From NCBI GenBank assembly GCA_001938485.1, contig MQRK01207995.1, positions 18,793 through 82,792 on the forward strand: a DNA stretch of 64,000 nt, read 5' to 3'. The translations under genes were made by a program, and so were the position numbers. The stretch's first letter is position 1, and each line of letters begins with the position of its first letter. Origin of the DNA: Girardia tigrina. Taxonomy: Eukaryota. Under the pieces are notes generated by a model. That model saw nothing but the letters and a program-made list of their open reading frames with translations. It searched no databases and was not told the origin of the DNA. This document shows, piece by piece, positions 38,081 to 50,700 of this stretch.

Positions 38081-38746
38081 CTAAAATGCAAACTGTCTTT
38101 TTTTTGTATTGGACTTCATCGGAGATTTCTTGGGACTGCTTGATCGTTTTATGGGTGATGATTCTTTAAATGTGTTAGGACTTGTACAACCGGTAGGCGA
38201 TGGACGTCTACCCAAGGATTCTATTGAATTTCGAATGACAGGTGCTTTAGAAGCCTTTGAAGGCGAATGTGTTCTTCTGGATTTTGTTGGTGATAAATTG
38301 TGTCGAATGGACTCAGTTGAATGACGCAGGGAATTTTTAGACTTAGATTGATATGACTGAGACTTTTGTGGTAACAAGTCTAAATTAGAAGAAGATATTT
38401 CTTCTTTAATTTGTCTTACTGTCATCAATAACTCATTGAGTCTTTGAAATCGCCTTTCTTTTTGTTCATTTCTACTATTACTTAGTAAGGTATTTATATC
38501 AGGTTTGTAATATTTTGCAGTGAAAGCCATCGGGATTTTAGCAGATTGTATACCAATATCATTTAGATTTTGACGAGAACGACGATTATTTGGGTCTGCA
38601 ATCATTGATGTTTTGAAATCCTTTTTTGTTTGAGTATTTTTTTCTGAAAAAGAATCGAACAGATTTGGGTTTGAGGCGAACTTTCTGACTGAGTGAATTG
38701 ATGTTGATTTATTACGATTCGTTTGAGTGCCTGTTTGAGGATAAAT
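38081..38746 (-). CDS. Spectrin-repeat gene terminal exon, Ser/Pro/Lys-rich tail
   Basis: ttttag acceptor in frame with ORF 38081-38605; ends KKRQFAF-stop. Confidence 0.75.
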   Translation of the reverse strand: MYPQTGTQTNRNKSTSIHSVRKFASNPNLFDSFSEKNTQTKKDFKTSMIADPNNRRSRQNLNDIGIQSAKIPMAFTAKYYKPDINTLLSNSRNEQKERRFQRLNELLMTVRQIKEEISSSNLDLLPQKSQSYQSKSKNSLRHSTESIRHNLSPTKSRRTHSPSKASKAPVIRNSIESLGRRPSPTGCTSPNTFKESSPIKRSSSPKKSPMKSNTKKRQFAF

Positions 38747-41700
38747 CTAAAATAAAAAAAGCATTATCTTTATAAAAAATACAGCTTTTAACGAACTGAA
38801 TATATATAAAAATATTTTCTAAAAAATGTATTCCTAAAAATATCAAATTTGATTTTTTGTTTTTTTTGGTTTTTTTATAACTTTGTAAGTTGCATATATA
38901 CTAATCTGTTTGAGTGCAACAGAGCTTATTTTGCATCATTTTCATCATCTGTCCCCATTTGTTTCAAAAGCTGTACATTTTCATGACATTTGTAAAGCGA
39001 ATAATAAATGCATATGCGATAGATCAGTTTTTTTTCTCTTTCAAATTATGTGGAATCCATACTTAGTAGCGATTCACATAATTGTGCTTCACTAAAAGCT
39101 CATAGACGGAAGTTTTTGATATCTGTAGTATTTCTGCTAATTCACGATGCATGAAGTGAGGATTGGTCTCGATCAGTATCTTATTTTAGTCACCATCAGT
39201 GTTGGAGGGTGTGCTAAAGTGGTTTTGGTCTAGCAAACTGTTCTATCAGCTAAAGTCGAAGCAGGAAATTTCGATGCCGCCATTTCGACGCGGGGACATT
39301 TCGACGCCAGATATGTCGAATTTAGGGAATTAAATGAAATAATTTGTTATTAATTAGGATTTTTGGGAATAAAATGAAATAATTTGTTATTAATTATGAA
39401 TTTTAGGAATAAAATGAAATTATTTGTTTTTATTATTTAAACATTTTTAGAATTAATATTATCTTTGTCAATAATATTTGTCAATTTTAATTATCCAAAT
39501 TTCTAATCTTTTAATAAGATTTTTAGGATTGTTGATGAAAATCAATTTAGAATCAATTGAAATTTTTTGTTCTGATTTTAAAGAAAAAATTTAATCAACA
39601 GACAACAATTTATCAATATGCACGATTCTGGAATGTATTTTAAATGTTTTTATTCATTTAGTAAATATTTGTGCAGTATTTCATCAGCAATCCACTCCTT
39701 TAAAAAGGCATGCTATCCGAGCGGGATGTGGAAATGTCTCAGACAGCGCCCACAATCGGTACTTCGGTGCAACCGACTCGGCTCTTTTAGCTTCTGTGAG
39801 GCATATGCGGGTTGCCGCGGGATGAGGCGTATGTTTTATACTTAAATTTACACTTACCTTTTATGTAAAAACTTTTTAATTTCAATATGAAAAATAATAA
39901 TTTATATATAAAAAAATAATAATTTCCATATAAAAACTAAAAAGTTAAATATAAAATGAATATTGTCTATATATAAGCGAATAAGGGTGTAAAAATCAAT
40001 TATATAATTTAAAATTTAAAATTTCAATTTTTTTTCTTTTTATCAATTAAATCTTAGTAAAATTGCATGAAAGTTTACTTTAAAATATAAAAATAAGATA
40101 CATAATATAAAAGTTTTATTTTCAGTTTTGAATTATTTATTTTTCTATGTTTATTTTCATGTGTTTTAAAAATTGAAATGTAAAAATAAGGCATATAAAA
40201 CTTTTCTAAATTTGAAATTTTATGAAATCATATGGAAATATTTTAATAAATATTATTTGTGTGAATAACACAAAATATATAATCTATAGGTTACATTTGA
40301 TGATACGTTCAAACAGAGGTACCGAAAAGTATGAGTGTGATGGATACTTATATGTCTTTGATAAGTATGTTTCCATGAAAATGTTAAAATCATGGCAATG
40401 TGATGTGGAGTTTGAAAAGAACAAAAAATGTAAAGGAAGATTTATACAATCACTAAATATGGAGCTTTTTAAGGTAGTTAACACTCGTGGTCATTTGGCT
40501 AGCGCGGCATATGTTGAAGTTTGTCGCAGCATAGCAGTTATTAAGGACAGAGCCAAAAAACATTTGAAATTCCTTTATAAATTCGTACTATTGCAATTCA
40601 AGGAATGACTACTGCAGCATTCGGTGAACTGCCTAATCAGGAAGCTATTCGAAAAAGAATTAATCGAACAAGAAAGGTAGTGGATATTACACCAGCACAT
40701 CCTCTAGATCGAGCTTCTATAGAAATATATGAAAATTATAAAAATTATGAAGATGAATCATTTTTATTATCTGATTCTCGATATGGTGATCGAAATAGAA
40801 TTTTAATTTTTGCTAAAGGCAGTGTGAGAAATTGGATAAATCAAGTTAACAAAATCTTCGTCGATGGAATTTTTAAATTAGCTCCAAAACTTTTTGCCCA
40901 AATTTTTGTTTTCATGGTTCAACGCGGTAATTATGTCGTACCGATTTTATACTTTCTTCTACCAAATAAAAAGGAGAAGACGTATACTCGAATGATTCAA
41001 ATGACAATTGAATCTTGGTCTACCTTTCAACCTACAGCAAGATCATTAGACGTTGAGGTTGCAGTGATAAATGCTTTCTTTTCTGCTTTTCCTAATGCTA
41101 GCTTACAAACATGTTTCGTTCAAAATATAAGGCGTAAACTGGTAGATGAAGGCCTAATCAGTCGGTATAACAAAGATGCAAATTTTGCTCTAAGACTTGC
41201 ATGATAGCTGCCTTGGCTTTTGTTCCAATAGAGGAACTTGAAAGATCATTTGGAGTCTTGAGTAATAGTTTAAGTCAAGAATTTACTCCTATTTTAGATT
41301 ACTTTGAAAATTATTAAATTATTATTAATTATTAAAATATAAATTATTAAAAATCCTAATTAATAACAAATTATTTCATTTAATTCCCAAAAATCCTAAT
41401 TAATAACAAATTATTTCATTTAATTCCTAAAATTCGACATTTCTGGTGTCGAAATGTTCCGTACCCAGCTAAAGTATGTTATCCGTAAACATGACATATC
41501 TTGTTTCTAGCTTGAGTAGCATTCTTGCGTTTCTTGAAATCAAAAAGTATCAAGTGACAAAAATGCTCCTTGATTTCTTCCATTTTCAAATCTCTACGTA
41601 GTAGATACAAATCAACTGAGACGATTTTTTTTCTAAAGATACGTCAGAAAATTAATTTTTATCATTTATAAACCATTCAGATTAATATATTCTGTCTCGT

Positions 41701-44700
41701 GCTATATTTAGGCAATCAACACGAACTTTCCGGTAAACCAAATATTAAAACTGATTTATTAAAATAATATTTGTGAGGAAATATATTTAATAAATTACCG
41801 ATAAAATATCTGCCTTATTGACGTTTTGTGTGAAATCACTTTGTATGTCGTTATTCAGGATCTGTTTGCACAAATCATGAACGTCCATACCTTTTAAAAC
41901 TTTACGAATCAATTCCATTTCATTGAGAAGATCTGAATAGATGTTGCTCAACGTTAAATATTTGTTGTATTTAATGATTGCGTTATTCTTTTTAAAATTA
42001 TTTCCGCTTAAACTGATTATTTCTTGGTGCATTTTGTTAAGAATATCCTTTTTGGATATTAAATTAATTAATGATTTCTAAAAAATAAATAATGAAAATA
42101 TAAATCAGTCATAACAGTCTTACTTCAAATTGTTCATATATCGTTTCATCTTCCTGGAGGGATTCTAATTTCTCCAAATCAAATTTTTGTCTTTTAAACA
42201 AACCTAATAATTCATCTGCTTCGTTTTCGATAGTGTTCCACTTTTCCTTATGATGTCGTAAAGCTTCAAGTTTTTTAAACATCTAAAACAATTTGTAAAG
42301 TAATAACAATCCAAGACAAAGTACGCGATCATTGAATTCGGCTATGTCAGCTTTTATTCGCAATAAATGGTTGTCATAAATAGAAGAATCCATATTAGAA
42401 GGAAGTATGGTTTCTTCGGAGATAGAATCCATATCGTTGGACTTTCGTGATGGTGTATGCTTTTGACGAATCTGGTCTTGACAGACCTGCTCAAATTCGA
42501 TTTCCATGATCTAATATATAATGGAAAATTATTTCATAGTTTCAAAAAATCAAAAGTTATGAAATTGTTTTTTATAGCATAGAAATATTATAACTAACCT
42601 TACGTCTTTTAGTACCTTAAATTAATTACAAAATTTTATATACAACATGTAAATATGTTAAATAAAAAACTGTATTTCTGCCATTACAATCCAGAAGCTT
42701 GTATTCACAATGTTTCCAAATTTTGGTTTTACCTAGATTATAAGAATTTAATTTATGTAGAATATAACATATATACCGGGTGTTGTGAAAGTCTAATCAA
42801 TCGACTTTGACACAAGATTTAAGAAACTTAAGCTGATATGTAGCAATTTATTTATGTTTGGTTTAGAGATTATAAATATTGACATTTTTTGATCAATATT
42901 TGATATTTAAAAATCTTTTTGTAAATGCATGACAGTAAAACGTGCCGTGATTATCACATTGCTTCGCGCGGGCCACCTTGACGATGAAATTTCCGGGTAA
43001 CTGGAAGAATCTGTGCGAACAGTAGATCGAGTTCAAAAACGATTTGCTGCAAGCAAGAGTCTACAAGACAGGATTAAGAGTGGTCGAATTTCAAAAATAA
43101 ACCTATCCCAGCTTAGAAGGATTATCAAGGCCCATTCAGAGCGATCAATCACAGTTCATGATTCCCAGTTTGGTATTCATGAGTCACAGATCAGTCGTGC
43201 AGTTAAGAAACTTGGTGGCACGAGTTTTATGATGATCAAAAGACCTTTGCTTGATCAATGCAATCAAGCAGACTTCATTTAAACTGTGTCAGGCCCTTTT
43301 GAACGATATCAAGTTCCACCCAGCTGGAATTCTTAACGTTTTCGAAGACAAAAAAAACTTTCACAGTAGATCCATCATGGAACTACTGCAACAACCATGT
43401 CATTCGCTTGGAGAATGATGACATCTGCGACGCACAAACGTTTAGTAGAACAAAGCATCCTGTCAGCATAATGCTACTGGGTGTGGTGGCCGCGAATGGA
43501 AAAGTCAGTGTTCGTCTCTGCTGGTTACAGATTGAATGTCACAGGTTACCAAAAAGCTCTGAACAAAACTGTACTGCTGTGGCTAAAGAAAGAGTTTCCG
43601 CAGGGGAATTTTTCGTTTTTATCAAGGTAGTGCACTATGCTATACGCAGGGGTTTTAAGGCCATTTTGGGTGTACAATGTACACCCAACTTTTCAAGATT
43701 TACACGCAAAAAATTTGATAATTAAATTAAATTAAAAACAATATTAAAATATCCCGTCTCACAAATAAATAATCATAAGGTTCCATAAAAATATTCAAAT
43801 TTCCAAATAATTAATTTAATACCGAATTAACAAATTTGTTTTAATATTCACATGCAAACAGTCAATTTGAATTTGTAAGTTTTTTGTGATTGATTGAATT
43901 TCTGTGAAGATTGTTGTGAATTTTTGAGAACAGTGAGACAAGTAGCCTTTATTTGAATGGGTTTTTCTTTTTGTGAGATGATTCTTTTTGAGATGGATTT
44001 TTCTGCTTGATGTTTTTTTGATTTTTTTGGTCTCAGTCGAGTGTGTAGAGGTAATGTTTTAGATAATGTTGTCTTCAACATATTCATCAACTCAAGCGGC
44101 TTAATTTCGTTAGGAAAACATAAATGGCATAGGAAACCCATAATTAACGATAAAATAGGCCAATTTATTCTTGAATATGTTGAAGACAACATTATCTATG
44201 TTGTCTTCAACATATTCAAGAATAAATTGGCCTATTTTATCGTTAATTATGGGTTTCCTATGCGATTTATGTTTTCCTAACGAAATTAAGCCGCTTTAAT
44301 CTTATTTATACATGATATCTTTACATGCTGATTGTGAAATTTCTAATTGTCTTTCAAAGGTGAGAAAATCCTCTTATCTATTATATGCTCTAATTAGCCA
44401 TTCTTTGTCAATCTTTGATATCCTGAAATAAAATCATTAATTATATTTCAAATTTTCTAAACATCAAGTTTTTCGAGTCTTTTTTTCGGGCAAGACTCTG
44501 TGCTTTGGGTTTCGTCAGACATACTGCTGAATTTTTTTAATAAAAAATATATTTATTAGTAATTTACCTTAATACATTGTTGGTAGCACTGTTAATGTTT
44601 GAAAGTTCGTAATTTAACAGGCTTTTTCAATTTTTTTATATACTGTTATATTTTTTTATATACTATTTTTATATTCTGTTTGCATTTATTTTATAATTTT

Positions 44701-47700
44701 CAATTGGCTCTTTATTTTTAGATGGCCAATTGTTATATAGAAATTTGAAGTCAGTCGAAGAATCGCTACTCTTAAGTGCAAGCAATTGTATATTAATATG
44801 CAGTAGAGCTCCATTACTTCTCCGTGTCGTTACTGATTCATCATTACCCTTTTCATCGCAAATAAAATAATGCGTCCCAGTAAACCTAGACAGCCAAAGT
44901 TAGACTATTTCTCTAAATCATCATCCTCTATTGCAACTGTTAGGGTAAATTAGTAAAATAGAAATTTTTAAATTTAACAAGAAATGAAGAAAATAAATTA
45001 TTTATCAATGAGTGTCTAATAAAATTTTATTCTCAAAAAAGAAAAACAACTGAAATTAATAAATTATAAAATTAATAACTAGAGAAAATACAAAGTCCAA
45101 GTTTATCATTAACCGAAAAGTTCCTCAGAAAATTGTGTATGAATTAAATTAAAAAAAACAATCAAGAAAAATTAATGATTAAAAAAATATGTTGCTTGAA
45201 TAATCATTATTTTTTTGCAATCGAGGGAATTATTGCGTGACTGTAATTTAAGTGTGCAATTGAATCTACGAATATTTCTCAATAAATCTTATTCTCGAAT
45301 TTATTCTTTGTTCTGAATTGATTATTGGTAAATTTTATTATTGTGGGTTAACAACTATTCGGATCTATGAATTCCGATTCTTCACCGACGATGGAGGACT
45401 CGAGAGATTCTAAGAACAACTAATTCTTCTTCATCAATATCATGTCACGAAGCAAATCAACCAATTTCATCAACTCAAATATCTGCTGTTACTAATACTG
45501 TAAAAGAATCGGTTTCAACAACTGATAAAAGTAAAACTTTTCGAGAATACAAATTCCTACTTGTCTGGCTAAAAGAAGAAGACTTTTTTGACAAAGACCT
45601 TAAAATTTATTACTTTCATCTAGAGGGACCAGGAAATGGAGTTATGAGCACGTTATGCAACTTGCGTCATTCAAAGGCTACGAAAGAAGCATACAAAAGT
45701 GAGACTTGATATACAACTTGCAAATCAATACTACGCAAACATATAGTTTCGACCACCCATCAAGCTGCTATTGAGAGACAGAAGATGCAGTTACGATCCG
45801 TCTTCCATGCCAAACTCCTTGATCTGGCCAGCCACTACAACAAGAACATAGCACAGTGTATTCACATGGTTTACTGGATCATGCATGAGGAAACAGTCAA
45901 CCGCAAAATCATTTCTCTTCAAAATTTATTAAACATGATTCATTGCAACAATCGACTTCGGGATTTTCTTCACACTAGCAGTACAGCAAGTAGTAAATTC
46001 ATGCTTCTCATTTCAGAAAATCTAACTAGTTAGATTATAGATAATGTGAAAACAGCACACTTTTGGGCAATGGTGGATAAATCAAGTGATGTAGCTCAAT
46101 TTTCACAATTTGCTGGGTTAGTCCGAAAGTTGAAGAAGATTGAATTCTTGTTCCCACTCCATGTTTTGGGAGCTGCTCTGCCGCACTTAATTACACTGTC
46201 AATGGTCTTTCAAAAGGGGGCCTAAATTTCGCACAGATTGATCCATCTAAGTAGCTATGCATTGACAATCTTCGAGAAATGGCGCTGGAACAAAGACCAT
46301 GGCAGAATGTGCACGAATGTTGACCTAAATACAAAGTGTTTATTCACAACATTCCGGACCTCAATAATGATGAAGATGAGAGAATGCATAAATTAACAAT
46401 AGCTTACGCAGAAGCCACGATACAGAAAATCCACAAACGCTTTCCAGAATCTGAGTTATTAGGATCATTTAAAGTCTTTGACCGAGCTATAGTCCCACGG
46501 GATGCAATTCAGCGAAAGAGATATGGAGAACATGCAATTTCGCGCCTTAGTGACAAGTTTGGCTCATTACTATCAGCGTTATCAACTCTACAAACTGAAT
46601 GGTTTTTTCCTGAGAGAACGTTTACTCATGTCTCAGTTCAAACAGTTGCGAGATGCAGGTGATGTATGTCGACAGGTCATTCGAAGTCCAGCCTATGAGC
46701 AAATCTGTCCCAATGAAATCCCTTTATCAATGGCTTGGCCGGAGCGAGGATTTTCAACACTCAAGCGAGTCAAGACATCCATTTGTAATCGTATTAAACA
46801 AGATACACTGCAGGAATTAATGAAAGCTTCTTTAAATGGTCCACCTAAAGATTCCCTTGCTATTGCGCAAACATGGAAAGAATTCAAGAGTTTTCGGCGT
46901 GTATTATCTCGCATTGGCAAAGAACAAGAAGTCATTTCTGCAATAGATAAAGAATTGGATGACTGTAACGCTGTAGAAGATTACAATGAATTTTCATTTT
47001 ATGATGTTGAGACAATCTTTGGATCTTAAACCTTTAAATCCAGTGTGCATGTTTGATGTAACAATTTCTGATTAAAAATAAATATGTTATACTGTACTGT
47101 GTACACCCACATTTTCTTAGGTTACATCCAGCTGGAAACCTTAAAAAAACCCTGCTATACGGTTAAGGCCACTCTATAGTTCTCCAAGGACAAAGCCGTG
47201 CTTTTAAAACCAAATACAAGTGGCCACCATATTTACCAGATGTATTTCCTCTGGATTACTCCATAGGGAGGGTGTAGAGAGTGAAGCCTGCTATGCTAGT
47301 CTGACAAGTGCCAAGGCCCTGAGAAATGCCAGTCTAGAAGAATTTAAGAGAAGCGCTTGTCGTGAAAGCTTGTACCGCATTCAGGAAACACCTGCAGCCG
47401 TCGTGCATACGACATGGATCATTTTGAATAAATTGTTTAAAATACTTCTATTCAACTTGAATTTATATATTTATATATTTGGGTTTCGATCAATTAACAG
47501 AAAAATCTATTACTCTTTGAATAAATTTCATTCAAATTACATTCTCGTTAACTTTAAAGTTTAGCTTTAGGAGTAATGTAAAATATATTTATAAAACATT
47601 TTAAAATTAAAGTTAAATCTTTTCAGTCCCGATTTCTTGAAAATTATAAAAAAAATAATGAAAAAAGTTGAAAACGCTCAAAAATATTGATATTACATTA

Positions 47701-50700
47701 AAATTGTGGAGTTATTAAAATTTTCCTTAAGAAATGCAAAAATGATTTTGCATATGTTGAGGGAATATTTTAAAATATATATTATTCTATATATTTATTT
47801 ATATATTGGGTTGAGGAATAAGTTCNNNNNNNNNNNNNNCCCGCCGTTTTTTGAAAAATTAAAATTTTATTTTTTAACAAAAAAGTTACTAAAAATTAAT
47901 CACAAATATAAACTCCGCCATTGTTCACGACTTCTTCCCAACGTTCAACGAGTTTTTCAATGCCTCTTTGGTAGAAATCGCTCAAATCAAAAAATTTGAT
48001 TTAAATATTAAATTGATTCAAAATTGATTCAAAATTCAAAAAACGGCTGGAACTTATTGCTCAACCTAATATTTGTTTTAATTAATAAAAAATAGATAAT
48101 AAATGATAAATTAGAAATGTTTGTTTTAAAGATTAAAAATTATATTTTTACATGATAAATAAATGGAATAGGAAGATAAAAATAAATAAAAGCAAAACAA
48201 AATTAAATTAATTATATAAAAATAATAAATAGTTAATAATAAATAATAAATAAAATTTACTATTAAAAATAAAAACTTTTATAATTCGACCTTAATCGAC
48301 TCATAAGTCGTACAAAAAATTATTCACTTGGTCTTACTTACTATTCTACCCTAAGTCCCACGAAATTATTTATCTGGCCTTAGGAGTGTATCTGGATAAA
48401 AATTAGATCAGGTTGCGTGATAATTGATTTACGATACCAAGTATAAAAGGATCGCGAAGTGCGAAGAAATTAACAACAGAATTAAATTATCGAAAGTGAA
48501 ATAACCATATTCTATCTCTACTTTAAAGGAATTAAAAGATGAATAAAAAGAATTTAGAATTATATTATTATAAATTAAATATATTATATATATATTTGTA
48601 CTGGAATAGTACATCAATAAGACTTAAAATAGAATCCCGAGTAGTCGACAAGATTCACAGTGTTTAAAATATGAAATCGACCAGGGGCCAAATCGCAGTT
48701 AACGTTTTATTGTAATCAACTGTATATACAAAATATAATTTTATCAAAAATCATTTTCGTTTTTTTTATTAAGTCGTACAAACACCAGTAAACCTCAACA
48801 AAAAAATTATGGTTCTTTTTTAGTTAGTAAAGAAACTTATGTGAAAGTGAGGAGAGCAATTAGATAAGAGTAAATAAACATAGTTTTCTATTATATTGTT
48901 TCACCCACATTACGCTTCCGGGAACAATTTTTTATAAAACATTTCTTTACTACCTTTAATTTCTCCAGGAGGCAGTTCACTTCCTCCATTTGAGCCGCAC
49001 AGTCTGCAGGATGAATTGTCATGGTCATTTCCTTTCCAATCCACCATTCCGGTAATTCTCGATAAAGAAATGTTTCAACGTTTTCAATTATTTTTTGAAA
49101 TCGTTTTATCATATTCAACCTTTGTTTTATGATATTCTAAAAAATAATAAATATTATCGAAAACTAGTAAAAAATTAAATAATTTGTCTGGAATATATTG
49201 TACATGGAAAATATGGATCATTGCAGTTTTCAAAAAAATATAAATAATAAAAAAAAATAAAAATATGCTTTGACTGAATTTCATTTTAAAGATGAATATC
49301 TATTTTTGAGCAGAAATTACTCTAATTCTTTCTAAGCGTAAAGTTTGAGCAAGATCGAAATCATCTTGCCTCTCTAACAAGTGAAATGCTGACTCTAAAC
49401 CCTTGGAATCCTCTGAACTATTTTGTATATTATCACCCATCCAATTATCATCATAATCTAATTCGTGAATGAAAGTGACCTAATGCTTTTAATACATTGC
49501 GGTTTTTACCTTTGCAAACTAATAACAGTAGCAAACAATGACGATCATTAGAATTGCCGGCATACAGTGCGTTTCAAATTGATTTGATCCCTACCGAAAT
49601 GAGTGTTTTGAGAAAACAGTTAGAGATGGAGACTGGGTCTCTTTTACCAAAAGAAAAGCATGTTTGAAAAACGTAAACAAACATGGATTTAGAACACTAA
49701 CGTTTTACAAAAACTTTTGCCAAATAATAAGATTATCAGTCTGTTTCAAATTAAAAAAAATCTTTAAAAATTATTTATTAACTATTTTATTTATTTATAT
49801 ATTTATCATAAGTAATAAACAATGACAGCACTATAACAATTAATAATTTGAAAAATTCGATTTTTTATATTTATCTCGATAGATTTTGAAGAGCCGAACC
49901 ACTGACGTTGTTCTAGGCGACCCGATTTGCATTTTTCACGGTAGAGACGTCCGAATATATTCGATAATGCTTGAAGACTTCTGACATAAAATTTCCCCAA
50001 TGATTTTCAATCGGATTCAGGTCAGGTAAGCAAGTAGGCAAGTCCATGTAATTGATTCCGTGGTGGAGTGTACACGTCTTGATCTCTCGACTTAATGCGC
50101 CAATTCATGTATCTTGTTGAAAAATGTATTGCATAGTTGATTTTGAAGCCGAAACGTTAAGTAATGATTCTGGAGCACATCGATGTAATCACAGCTCTTT
50201 ATCTTGTGAGACCAGATTTCCGGAGCGACCTTTCAATCGAAACAAAATGTAGTCCAAATCATAACCAAATCTTCCTCATAATTTATTTTTCCAAAAACGA
50301 TCGGATCTAATAGAAAATCCTTCCAGTAGTGAGCCGCAACTTCCGGTCTATCCAAACTCCACTTCTTCTCAGAAGAGAAGAATAATTAACCACAAATGAG
50401 TTTTAGCAGGTTATAATGGATTATAAAAAAATAACCAAAACTACCTTGCTCCCATCAAAGTTCATATGAGTTTTTGAGAACGTCAGACATGCATTTTTTC
50501 GCTTAACAAACAACACAGTAGCCTTGTTTAGTGGTTCCCGTTCGATGTGAAAGTTCTCCACAAAAGCTCTCCTAACAGTTGACTTCAATTCCTTGATTTG
50601 TAACTCCTCTTTTACCTAATTGATTGATTTTCCGTGGATGTTGTTGATAATTTGACTTTTGTTCTTAAAGTAAGTTTTTGTTTTAGCCCTGTTCTCCTTT

